DNA of 64,000 nt from a virus, in IMG/VR virus record IMGVR_UViG_3300034418_012737, positions 1 to 64,000 of that record. The stretch is one strand, 5' to 3'. The notes below the pieces were generated by a model. It saw nothing but the letters and a program-made list of their open reading frames with translations. It had not been told where the DNA came from and ran no database searches. The position numbers and the translations under genes were made by a program. Each line of letters opens with the position of its first letter. The stretch's first letter is position 1. Below are positions 21,678 to 30,606 of the stretch, in pieces.

Positions 21678-22444
21678 AATTTATCAAAGATATTTTTTAA
21701 ATTCTCATTTTTAAGCTGAGAAAGTGCTTTATCTTTTGTTGATTTTTTGACTTCTTTCTGTAATGTAAAATTACCTTCCTGGGTAGGCACGGGATTTTTA
21801 AACTTAGGTAACCACTCACGCTCAAATTCAATACGGGCAGCCATCAGATCTGCTTGGTGTAGAATAAATGGAAGAGAAGTACGTGGCTTTTGTTCTGGTT
21901 GGAATGAGAATAGGTATTTTTTGTTGCCCTCATCATACAAACCATCATGTGTTTGAATAGCAACCATTTCATTAAAGCTATACCGAATCCCATGGGATTG
22001 GAGTAAAAACAAACCACGGTCTGGGACTGAAGCAAATGGAACTGCCTTGTTAAACATGTAATCCTCTCCAAGTTTTTCCCGTCTCCACTTATCAGTTTGG
22101 GGGATGTATGATTCGTTTTCCTCATCACCCATTTTACCCAAATCATGGTTAATAGCGGAGAATACGAGTTCTTCTTCGGTAAAAGTAGACATGTCTGCCC
22201 CTTCATCAGCCCATAATCCCTGTTGTTTAATAGCACAACGAACAACTCGATTTACGTGTTCAACATAACCACCTGGGAAAGCATTATGGTATTCTTTTTT
22301 ATGAGCAGCAGGCATCATCATGATGCGGTCCTCATATTTCTCGTAAAACTCAAGAAGTTTTTCTCTGCGAGGTGATGAAATATAAGTTTCAATATTTTCG
22401 CAGAATTCATCCCAATTGGATTGAATCTGTTCAGCTGTAAGCAT
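21674..22444 (-). CDS. HD-domain metal-dependent phosphohydrolase (YhaM-like)
   Basis: PAA...HNAFPGGYVEH, HDLGK, HDG, LHQAD. Confidence 0.88.
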   Translation of the reverse strand: MLTAEQIQSNWDEFCENIETYISSPRREKLLEFYEKYEDRIMMMPAAHKKEYHNAFPGGYVEHVNRVVRCAIKQQGLWADEGADMSTFTEEELVFSAINHDLGKMGDEENESYIPQTDKWRREKLGEDYMFNKAVPFASVPDRGLFLLQSHGIRYSFNEMVAIQTHDGLYDEGNKKYLFSFQPEQKPRTSLPFILHQADLMAARIEFEREWLPKFKNPVPTQEGNFTLQKEVKKSTKDKALSQLKNENLKNIFDKL

Positions 22445-22446
22445 AA

Positions 22447-22647
22447 TTAAACTTTGTTATATTCGTTAGGGGTACGAGGTTCTCTATCTACTACAGACTT
22501 TAAATCTTCAAGTATGTCATGGCATTCTTCTATAGCTCTGTACATTTCTTGAATGTCACCTTGTCCTCTATTTACCCAAAATTTTAATTTTTTAAGACTA
22601 GCTTGCCCTGCTTCTAGTTTATTTTGAATGTGGTCTCTAAAATACAT
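22447..22647 (-). CDS. Hypothetical protein
   Basis: ORF track; fits the operon. Confidence 0.55.
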   Translation of the reverse strand: MYFRDHIQNKLEAGQASLKKLKFWVNRGQGDIQEMYRAIEECHDILEDLKSVVDREPRTPNEYNKV

Positions 22648-22670
22648 TTTTTTAATATTTAATAACTAAG

Positions 22671-23129
22671 TTAAGTTAAAGATTTTACAAAATCAAGTTG
22701 TTTTTTAAGGAAAGCACACTTTTCATATTCTTCTTCATTTTCATAAAATTTAATTGCAAGTGTATATGCTTCTTTTAATTTAGATGTGTTTTCTTCTTTA
22801 AGAAGTTTTTGATGGTATTTATCTTCTAAATCTATTTTTTTAATAAACCCATAAGCACGTGAATATAACATCCGTTCCCCTGCATACTCAATCTCATTAA
22901 TTGCTAAGGAAGGGTCAGCTTGACTAAAAAAATCAACTAATTTTTTACCATAAGAAAGATGATTAATTATCAATTTCCAGAACATTTTAATAAAATACCT
23001 AGGATGGTTTTCATCTTCTATAGGAAGTGTTCTAGGGCTATAATAGTTATAGCTCCTCTGATTCCACCCCCAACTATTAGAAGAAGAATCTGGTGAGTCA
23101 AATGAGCCAAATATTTTATTTATATCCAA
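22671..23129 (-). CDS. Hypothetical protein with a C-terminal UVR-like motif
   Basis: C-terminal YENEEEYEKCAFLKKQLD. Confidence 0.6.
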   Translation of the reverse strand: MDINKIFGSFDSPDSSSNSWGWNQRSYNYYSPRTLPIEDENHPRYFIKMFWKLIINHLSYGKKLVDFFSQADPSLAINEIEYAGERMLYSRAYGFIKKIDLEDKYHQKLLKEENTSKLKEAYTLAIKFYENEEEYEKCAFLKKQLDFVKSLT

Positions 23130-23328
23130 AATGTCTTTCTATAGTTTCAAGTAAATCCTCAGCCTCCCCTAATTTGTTAATTGCTTTTTTAGCTTCTTCT
23201 AGGAAATGACCTGAAGTGTGTTCTCCTATACCTGCAGGGTTATCTAAAAGGGTCTCTAATGTAAGTAAAGCTTCCTGTTTATCCGCCTCCGCTTGTGTTT
23301 TTAAAGCCTTGATTAATCGTGGTTCCAT
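23116..23328 (-). CDS. Hypothetical protein
   Basis: NPAGIGEH motif; ATATTTAT-N4-ATG. Confidence 0.6.
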   Translation of the reverse strand: MEPRLIKALKTQAEADKQEALLTLETLLDNPAGIGEHTSGHFLEEAKKAINKLGEAEDLLETIERHFGYK

Positions 23329-23348
23329 GTTTATAAATATGTTATAGT

Positions 23349-23798
23349 TTATTTACAATGATAATCTGCCGCTCTCGTGGCGATTTGTTTGTTGGGTTTG
23401 ATATTAACTTTATAACCATATGATGTAGCCCACCCTTTAGCAGCTGAGACTAATCTGTTACTCATGTAATATTCATCCTCATTGTAATCCATATCAATTT
23501 CAAATCTAAGGCCTGGGAATTCTTTAGATAATGGTTGTACTACTTGCATAGTACGTTCTGTTTCTAACCATAAACGAGACCAATCATCTTTGATAGGAGG
23601 AAATATTTCTTTCCAATAAATGTAATGAACTCCTCTAAATGGATAACGATAAGCTATTGCTGTAACGTATATAATTTCTGATCCTACCCTTTGAGAATCG
23701 CTTCCAATATGGATTTCAACATGGGGTTCATTTTTCACCACATTTCTTGTATGAATAATGGGGCTAACTTTTTTCCCATTTACTGTTCTAAAATTCAT
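23349..23798 (-). CDS. RNase H-like YkuK/DUF458 family protein
   Basis: HIGSDSQ, E.ERT, EIDMD, IKP...ATRAAD. Confidence 0.8.
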   Translation of the reverse strand: MNFRTVNGKKVSPIIHTRNVVKNEPHVEIHIGSDSQRVGSEIIYVTAIAYRYPFRGVHYIYWKEIFPPIKDDWSRLWLETERTMQVVQPLSKEFPGLRFEIDMDYNEDEYYMSNRLVSAAKGWATSYGYKVNIKPNKQIATRAADYHCK

Positions 23799-23799
23799 G

Positions 23800-23884
23800 C
23801 GGTGAGAGAGGGATTCGAACCCCCGTTACGTTTCCGTAAACTTGTTTTCAAGACAAGCGCAATCGACCACTCTGCCATCTCACC
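23800..23884 (-). tRNA. tRNA-Ser(UGA)
   Basis: GGTGAGA acceptor, CTTGT-CT-TGA-AA-ACAAG anticodon arm, long variable arm, GGTTCGAATCC. Confidence 0.95.
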
Positions 23885-23896
23885 AAATTGCTACCC

Positions 23897-24115
23897 TTAA
23901 CGGGCAGCAATTTCGGATTTGATCTGCTCCAAATCTCGAGCAAGATCACTATAGAGACTTTCAAAGTCACGATCAAGATCTCTATCTACTTCATCAAATG
24001 AGTCATCAACATCATCAATCGCTTCTTCAAGATCGCGAACACGATTGTAGAGGTTAAACATAACAGCGAACGTAGCAGCAAAAGCAGCTGCAATCAAATA
24101 AGGAATAAATTCCAT
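23897..24115 (-). CDS. Small membrane-anchored acidic coiled-coil protein
   Basis: N-terminal TM helix, D-rich tail. Confidence 0.6.
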   Translation of the reverse strand: MEFIPYLIAAAFAATFAVMFNLYNRVRDLEEAIDDVDDSFDEVDRDLDRDFESLYSDLARDLEQIKSEIAAR

Positions 24116-24142
24116 AATAAAAAAAATTAAAAGGTTAAAAAA

Positions 24143-24307
24143 TTAAAGGATATCCCATTCATAAGCCGCTTGTGTATAAGCGGATCCCATACCAAGATGG
24201 GGGTTGTCTTTAATAAAGGCCATTGCGGTAGACCTAACTTCGGACCTCAAACCGTAAATTTCGGCTTGTTCAAGAATCATTTCAACAGTCATGCTTCTTT
24301 CCATCAT
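24143..24307 (-). CDS. Small hypothetical protein (54 aa, not in ORF track)
   Basis: MMERSMTVEMILEQAEIYGLRSEV...YEWDIL*, directly downstream of the promoter at 24314. Confidence 0.6.
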   Translation of the reverse strand: MMERSMTVEMILEQAEIYGLRSEVRSTAMAFIKDNPHLGMGSAYTQAAYEWDIL

Positions 24308-24313
24308 TTTCTA

Positions 24314-24345
24314 AATATACGAAAATTTTTTTAAAATTCAAAATT
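24314..24345 (-). promoter_or_regulatory. Bacteroidetes-type promoter (TTTG...CGTATATT) without the double GTCAT box
   Basis: Plus strand aatatacgaa at 24314-24323 and caaa at about 24339. Confidence 0.6.
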
Positions 24346-24354
24346 TTGTGATCC

Positions 24355-24376
24355 GGGGGAGGCAATTCCTCCCCCT
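24355..24376 (-). terminator. Stem-loop after DUF932 (terminator or processing site)
   Basis: gggggagg-caatt-cctccccc. Confidence 0.55.
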
Positions 24377-24394
24377 TCACACAAACAACATGGC

Positions 24395-25228
24395 TTACGC
24401 TGCAAACTCCTTTGCAACGTCGTAAAGTTCTTGGTTAATCTTCAAGTCTTGCTTGAAGTTCTTGATTTGGCGAGCTTTGCGGAGCTTAACACCACTCACA
24501 TACTCAAAATCACCTTCAATAACCTTCTCTTGAACGACATTAAACACGTTCCAAAGGTCATCACCCGCATCCTCTTTACGGACAGGGGCCAAGATTGCAT
24601 CAAGATCAATCTTGTAAACATCTTCGATTTTTTGTCCTTCTTGGACTTTAAATCGAGTCGCAAGCGCCTTACGAGCAAGATCATACTTTTGCTCATTAGT
24701 AAGTTTGGTTTGCTTGAACTTATTCATGCTCTCAACAGTCAAGGGCAACTGCTCAACCATTTCGGTCATGGTTTCACGGAGGGTTTCAAAATCATAACCC
24801 ATGTGGCGAATTTTCATTCGACCAAACTCTTGGTCGGCAATAACCAAACCATTAGAGCAAACCAAGCGGTACATACCTGCTTGGAAAGTAAATGAATTCT
24901 TACCATCGTGAGAATTCGTAAGGATGATTTGGGGATAAACCGTATCACCATCATTACCTTCAACAACAATATCTGTGTTGCGGAAAGTAATCATATGCTT
25001 TTGAGTACCCTTGGTATGGGACTTACGAGCATTAACTTGTTGGGCACTAACAACACCCCATCCAAGTTTTTCCATATCTTCAATCACTCGGAAAGTGGGA
25101 ATATGAGTGTAATGTGCTGAAACCTCCTTGCTGGGTTTCTCGGTAAATGCCGTAGGGCAATTTTTGCGAATTTGCTCTTGGCTCAGGAACTCCATGTTCT
25201 CTTCGTAGGTGGTCATCAAATCTTCCAT
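24395..25228 (-). CDS. DUF932/DUF945-family phage/plasmid protein
   Basis: YTHIPT..VIE, KHMITFR, NSHDGKNSF..QAGMYRLVCSNGL, DLWNVFNVVQE. Confidence 0.88.
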   Translation of the reverse strand: MEDLMTTYEENMEFLSQEQIRKNCPTAFTEKPSKEVSAHYTHIPTFRVIEDMEKLGWGVVSAQQVNARKSHTKGTQKHMITFRNTDIVVEGNDGDTVYPQIILTNSHDGKNSFTFQAGMYRLVCSNGLVIADQEFGRMKIRHMGYDFETLRETMTEMVEQLPLTVESMNKFKQTKLTNEQKYDLARKALATRFKVQEGQKIEDVYKIDLDAILAPVRKEDAGDDLWNVFNVVQEKVIEGDFEYVSGVKLRKARQIKNFKQDLKINQELYDVAKEFAA

Positions 25229-25273
25229 GTTTAAAAAATTAATTTGTTTTTTCGCGTTTTTCTCGATGCCCGG

Positions 25274-25336
25274 AAGATACGAAAGGGATCCGGCGCCGCC
25301 AAATTTACTGCAAAGGAAGAATGACTTTTATATGAC
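25274..25336 (-). promoter_or_regulatory. Box promoter A: GTCAT-N6-GTCAT + TTTG + CGTATCTT, with the box about one helical turn further upstream
   Basis: aagatacgaa at 25274; atgac at 25321 and 25332 (offset 47). Confidence 0.75.
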
Positions 25337-25337
25337 T

Positions 25338-25360
25338 AAAAAAGGGCCGAAGCCCTTTTT
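25338..25360 (-). terminator. Intrinsic terminator (bidirectional-type)
   Basis: aaaaaagggc-cgaa-gcccttttt; on the minus strand a C-TTCG-G loop followed by a T-run. Confidence 0.85.
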
Positions 25361-25363
25361 AAA

Positions 25364-26179
25364 TTAGATATATTTAAAATAATCATAATACCATTTATAA
25401 TTATTTTTTATCCAATCACACGCACCTTTCCCCAGTATTTGTTTAGCATCACTTACTATAGGTTCTAATTTAGGTCTTATATTATGGTCTCCATAAATAC
25501 CATAAATTTTATCGTCTTCTTCTGTAAGTTGTTCTATGTTATTAAAATCATGCTCAAAATAAGGAAGTTCTAAATAGTTATATATTTTTTCCATTTCTTT
25601 TTGAGGGCTTTTACTAAAAGTCTCAAATTTAACAAAATGGATATGTTTATCATTACCTTCTTTTATTATTTGATATAAACGTTCTATAGCCATTCCTACT
25701 GGGGGGTTAGCAGCCCATATGTCTATTCTTTTTTCTGTGGTAGTCCCTTGCATTTGAGCATGATTTATTATCTCAGGATGCTTTTCTGGGTGTTTCCTAA
25801 AGTTTTTTTCCATAGAAGAATATATATCTCTTAGGTCCCTAACCATACAAATAATTTTAGGATTTGGGTAAAAAGTATTTAAAAGACCATAATGATACCC
25901 CCATCCTCTACTTTTATCTAGAACATAAGGTTTATCAGTAACAGCATCAAAAAAACCTAACATTCCTTGTCTACAAAAATTTAAAAACCCTTCTCTCATT
26001 AATTGGGGGTCTTGAGCTGTAAATTCGGGGGAATTAGTATAATTTAATCTAGCTCCAAATACTAATTCTAATACACCTGAAGTAGGGGTTACGTAAAAGT
26101 TTGGGTTTTGACCCATTATATTTTGGAATAAAGTTGAACCCGCTCTGGGAAGAGAGGCTTGGAAAAATAATTGTTTCAT
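25364..26179 (-). CDS. Sulfotransferase (PAPS-dependent)
   Basis: SLPRAGSTL 5'-PSB loop, DKSRGW, MVRDLRDIYSS 3'-PB motif. Confidence 0.88.
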   Translation of the reverse strand: MKQLFFQASLPRAGSTLFQNIMGQNPNFYVTPTSGVLELVFGARLNYTNSPEFTAQDPQLMREGFLNFCRQGMLGFFDAVTDKPYVLDKSRGWGYHYGLLNTFYPNPKIICMVRDLRDIYSSMEKNFRKHPEKHPEIINHAQMQGTTTEKRIDIWAANPPVGMAIERLYQIIKEGNDKHIHFVKFETFSKSPQKEMEKIYNYLELPYFEHDFNNIEQLTEEDDKIYGIYGDHNIRPKLEPIVSDAKQILGKGACDWIKNNYKWYYDYFKYI

Positions 26180-26182
26180 TTT

Positions 26183-27082
26183 TTAGTTATTAAAAGTATC
26201 TCCTTCTATAGAAGAAAAAATTTCGTTTATATCTATAACGCTAGTATCTATAATAGGACATTCATGGGGGGTACCTGTAAAATTATAATCAAACAAATAA
26301 CTATCAGGGAGATTAAAATCTTCAGGAAGGGAAGCTACTATATTATCATGCATAGTATAACCAAATATTTTAGGAGAAGTACCAAACCAAATTACTGTTG
26401 ATTTCTTTTCTAAAGCAGCCGCGGCATGTTGTAAACAAGAATCTATTAGTACTTGTTTAGTAGAAAATAATAATAAAGAAAATAACTCCATATTACTCAT
26501 GTTATTTGAAATAACTTCTACTCCTGGAAGGGCTTGTTCTGGTTTTCTACATATTTGAATAATATGGTATTGTTCTTTATATCTTTCAACTAAAGCTAAT
26601 CCCAACTCATAAGGCATATCTCTAGTCCATGAATAATTATAAGGTTGTTCTTGGAAAGGACCTCCATTAGTTTGGATTACCATTATAGGTTTGTTTCTAA
26701 CCCACATTCTGTGTCCTTGTCCTGTTTGGACTGTATTAAAGACTATTTCAGGGGTCTCTCCTGTATAGTTTAAGTTGTATAATTTACACCAGTTTTCAAT
26801 TAATTTTAACTTTTTATGGACATGATCCGTGGTAAAATAAGGTTCATGTTTAAAAATTAAACTATCTTGGTTTTTTATGTAATCTTGATAAAAATAGGGT
26901 GTATTGCCTACGCGATACACCCTATCTACATATTTTAAATTTATAAACACTTCAGGCCAAGCACATACAACTATTAATTCTCTCTCAGGATGATTTTTTT
27001 TAATACATTTAGCAACGGCTGTAGCTGCTACATGTTTCCCAAGTCCACCTTCAATGTGAAATACTGAATAACTTTTTTCCAT
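26183..27082 (-). CDS. GT9-like (heptosyltransferase-fold) glycosyltransferase
   Basis: GGLGKHVAATA at the N-terminus; IDSCLQHAAAA..K.STVIW at the C-terminus. Confidence 0.78.
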   Translation of the reverse strand: MEKSYSVFHIEGGLGKHVAATAVAKCIKKNHPERELIVVCAWPEVFINLKYVDRVYRVGNTPYFYQDYIKNQDSLIFKHEPYFTTDHVHKKLKLIENWCKLYNLNYTGETPEIVFNTVQTGQGHRMWVRNKPIMVIQTNGGPFQEQPYNYSWTRDMPYELGLALVERYKEQYHIIQICRKPEQALPGVEVISNNMSNMELFSLLLFSTKQVLIDSCLQHAAAALEKKSTVIWFGTSPKIFGYTMHDNIVASLPEDFNLPDSYLFDYNFTGTPHECPIIDTSVIDINEIFSSIEGDTFNN

Positions 27083-27124
27083 AAGACTAATTATAATAAC
27101 AATTTAACTATAAGCCAAATTAGC

Positions 27125-27391
27125 TTATAGTCCCAACTCAGCTTTTAAAGCATTCCAAGTAGTTAAGTCGGTTAAATCTTCCCAATCTAATACTTCTTTT
27201 CCATCTGTTCCTATATATACTACTTTACCTTCATCTACTACTCTACATTTCTTACATTGTGTAGTATCTCCATTTACTAAAGTTTCAACATAAGTTTTAA
27301 ACGCTTCAAAGGTAGTTAATCCACTTAAAGGACTGTTAGTTACTTGAGGACCTCTAACTTCATTGTTTTGAACATCAAAATTTACTATCAT
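27125..27391 (-). CDS. Hypothetical protein (possible fibre chaperone)
   Basis: Immediately downstream of the fibre gene. Confidence 0.5.
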   Translation of the reverse strand: MIVNFDVQNNEVRGPQVTNSPLSGLTTFEAFKTYVETLVNGDTTQCKKCRVVDEGKVVYIGTDGKEVLDWEDLTDLTTWNALKAELGL

Positions 27392-27427
27392 GTTATTTGT
27401 TTTTAATATTGTTTATTTATTTTTTAA

Positions 27428-30235
27428 TTATCCTAAAGAAATTTTTATATCTGTTCCACTTCTATATAACATGCCTACTATACCAGGATCAGCAGTTGGA
27501 AGAGAGCCTGTCTCTAATAATATATTAGGCATATGGACTGAAGATGTTGCTCTAGTGCATATGTTAAATCCTCCAAGAATAATAGCTCGTTCGTGATTTA
27601 CACAAGCTAATTGAGAAGCTATAACTGATCCAAAACAAACTCCACAAATATATCCTCCTGCAGAAGCAATAACTGAACTTTGGGTAGCTCCTGATCCTGT
27701 TATACATGACGCACTACCTCCAATGACAGTATTAGTATTTCCTTGGCAACACATATTATGGCTATTTCCACCTATAATTGTATTAAAATTTGATGCAGCG
27801 CCTGTTGTTGCAGATTGTATTGTACTACTGTAAGAGGCAATAATGTTTCCACTTCCTCCTACCTGCATTCCGTAAATCCTATTTTGATATCCTATCACTG
27901 TACTACATTGTACATCCTGAATAGTATTATTTCTTATTCCTAAGATAGCATTAGAAGAAACGTTATCGTTATAGTGAGATAAAATTTTATTATTATATCC
28001 CCCAGCAATAAAATTCATCCCAACACTACCACCAATAGTAGAATTACTTGCATTACCAATAGTATTACACAAACCACCTACTATATTATTAAGATAGTTA
28101 TAAGAACCTGAATTAGTACCTGCTATTTGGCATATTGTGTTTATACTTCCTCCCCCTATAAAATTACTTCCTAATGGGTAATTTCCTGAGCAGCTACTTC
28201 CTGTTATTTTATTATTTGTTCCTCCTACAATGACATTACCTCCTGTATAGGTCCAATAAGCACTACATGTGTTTGTAGCTTCACTTCTTATTTCATTATC
28301 TATACCACCTCCAATAAAGTTAGGAGCTAAACTATAATCATTATTGTAAACACTAGCGGAGTTCATGAAAATAGTATTTCGAGCACCCCCCATTATAGCA
28401 CTAAATGAACCACTAGCACCTGTAAGGGCAGGAACACTATAATTATTTACCCCTAATGATAAAGCTATATTACAATCTGCTGCAGTATTACACATACCAG
28501 AGAAAATACCTATACCCGAATAATTTGAACCATGTGCACAGTTTCGATATCCTCCCCCTATTATAGAGCAATTAGTGTATGCTATACAATTATCACATCC
28601 ACCTCCTATAAATCCAAATGCACTATAAGTGGAACTGTTAGAACATCCTCCCACTACAACAGCATGCGTTCTTCCCCCAACTGAATTCACACTTCCACCC
28701 CCAATAAAACCACAACTTGCACCTATTGAGATGACATTAAGAGTACCACCACTAATAGTAGCTTTATTGACACTAGATCCGTCTACACGATTGGCGCATC
28801 CACCCCCAATAGTGTTCATTCCTAGACCTGGAGCATTACATATTTTATTTGTGAGACCTCCTGCAATTGTATTATTTCTACCTGCATTGCAAATGCAATG
28901 AGCACTACCTCCTCCAATAGCATTCCATCCATCCTGACCACCAATGGATGCCGAAATAATGTTATTTGCTCCACCATTAATTGAAGCTCCTGGGCTTCTA
29001 AATATTCTATTGCAACAACCCCCCGCTATGACACTTGTATATGAGTCCGTAGTATTACTACATCCACCTACAATTGTAGTAAAAATATTAGGTTGAATTC
29101 CACTACCTTTTCCATCATTATAGTTAAATCCAAATGATATAGTGTTGTTACTACCATTTAATATGGCAGTATCACTACCACTAATATAATTTCCACTTCC
29201 AGATACAGGAACTATACCACGCACAACACTACCAGAGTATATTAAAGCAGTATCTACACTACTTCCACCACCACCGGTTGCTGTTATAGTAACATTACCT
29301 GTACCTTGATCAATTGATATTCCACTACCCGCTATAATAGATGTAACACCTCCACCACTACCAGTACTAGCTTCTAGTAAACCGTTGGTTCCTACGGTAA
29401 CAGTACATCCATTACATGCACTAAAAGTACTTATAATTAAATCATTAACATGTGTTGTACAATCTCTACTAGAAGTTAAATCGCTACCTACTATAAATGA
29501 TTTTGGATGGGTTACAGAATTCCTAGTACCTCCTAAAATACCACTAAAACTACTAGAAACATTATTATTATCTCCACCCCCAATAAATGTATAGCTGGAT
29601 GCAGATATTATACAGTTATTACTTCCACCTCCAATAGCACTATAATATCCACTATCGCTTAAAGTAGAGTTTTTGGATACACAATTTCGAAATCCACCTC
29701 CAATAAAACTTCCACCTCCACATGCTACGTTATCTGAACCTCCTGCAATAGTGCTATAAAATTGACATATTCTATTTTGATATCCACCTCCAATAGTAGC
29801 ATCATAAGCACATTCTCCTATTGAATTATAACATCCTGATATAGTAGTACCTCCATCTACTGCAGAGGAAGTGTTACTTACACCAAAAACAGTTACACCA
29901 GAAGTAGATGTACTGTTGTTCATTGTTGCGCAGTTATTTCTACCACCAACAATTGTACCGGTTCCTCCTACAACAGTATTATTACATCCTCCTACTATAG
30001 CACTAAAAGAGCCGGTTGAAAGAGAGTTACTACCAGATTGAGGGACAATACCATTGGTACTGCCTGAATATATTAGAGCAGTGTCTACACTACTTCCTCC
30101 ACCCCCTACTACTGTGGTTAAATCAGTTATTGAAAGTTGTTTAGTATCACCACCAGCTACTACAGCTACTACACTGTTTCCAGTTGTTTCTGCAGCACTT
30201 CCTGTTGATAATCCTGATATTTTTACGTTTGCCAT
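27428..30235 (-). CDS. Tail fibre/adhesin-like protein with Cys-rich IGGG-x-x-N repeats
   Basis: MANVKISGL fibre N-terminus, GGVTSIIAGSGISI linker, many (S/T)IxGGxxN repeats; C-terminus shared with 30607..32634. Confidence 0.75.
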   Translation of the reverse strand: MANVKISGLSTGSAAETTGNSVVAVVAGGDTKQLSITDLTTVVGGGGSSVDTALIYSGSTNGIVPQSGSNSLSTGSFSAIVGGCNNTVVGGTGTIVGGRNNCATMNNSTSTSGVTVFGVSNTSSAVDGGTTISGCYNSIGECAYDATIGGGYQNRICQFYSTIAGGSDNVACGGGSFIGGGFRNCVSKNSTLSDSGYYSAIGGGSNNCIISASSYTFIGGGDNNNVSSSFSGILGGTRNSVTHPKSFIVGSDLTSSRDCTTHVNDLIISTFSACNGCTVTVGTNGLLEASTGSGGGVTSIIAGSGISIDQGTGNVTITATGGGGSSVDTALIYSGSVVRGIVPVSGSGNYISGSDTAILNGSNNTISFGFNYNDGKGSGIQPNIFTTIVGGCSNTTDSYTSVIAGGCCNRIFRSPGASINGGANNIISASIGGQDGWNAIGGGSAHCICNAGRNNTIAGGLTNKICNAPGLGMNTIGGGCANRVDGSSVNKATISGGTLNVISIGASCGFIGGGSVNSVGGRTHAVVVGGCSNSSTYSAFGFIGGGCDNCIAYTNCSIIGGGYRNCAHGSNYSGIGIFSGMCNTAADCNIALSLGVNNYSVPALTGASGSFSAIMGGARNTIFMNSASVYNNDYSLAPNFIGGGIDNEIRSEATNTCSAYWTYTGGNVIVGGTNNKITGSSCSGNYPLGSNFIGGGSINTICQIAGTNSGSYNYLNNIVGGLCNTIGNASNSTIGGSVGMNFIAGGYNNKILSHYNDNVSSNAILGIRNNTIQDVQCSTVIGYQNRIYGMQVGGSGNIIASYSSTIQSATTGAASNFNTIIGGNSHNMCCQGNTNTVIGGSASCITGSGATQSSVIASAGGYICGVCFGSVIASQLACVNHERAIILGGFNICTRATSSVHMPNILLETGSLPTADPGIVGMLYRSGTDIKISLG

Positions 30236-30251
30236 GTTTTAGTGTTGTTTT

Positions 30252-30569
30252 TTATGCTATTATAAAGTATTCTTCTGTTGGTGAAAAACCTCTTTCTGCT
30301 ATTATATTATCGCCTCCTTCTGTAGTTAAAAGTCTTGTTTCTCTTCCGGGATCATCCCCACCACCACTTCCCGATGGAAGAGGCCCTCCAGCACCGGCTG
30401 CTGCTGATAAAACGTTTAAAGCACTTATGGTATTTAAAGCACTTATATAATTTTCAAATAAAAGTTGTTCTTGTAAATATCTATTTCTTGCTTCCATTAT
30501 AGGAAGATTTTTTATATCTTCTCTAAGAAGAAATATATTCCAAGGCCCGGGTCCCATTATATTGTTCAT
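30252..30569 (-). CDS. Small virion-associated protein, paralog of 47192..47503
   Basis: PGPWxxFLxRxDxKNLPI...Y..E.L.(F/Y)E is shared; ends with LLTTEGGDNIIAE. Confidence 0.6.
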   Translation of the reverse strand: MNNIMGPGPWNIFLLREDIKNLPIMEARNRYLQEQLLFENYISALNTISALNVLSAAAGAGGPLPSGSGGGDDPGRETRLLTTEGGDNIIAERGFSPTEEYFIIA

Positions 30570-30606
30570 TGTGGATAAATATTATAATAAATTAAAAAAC
30601 ATTAAT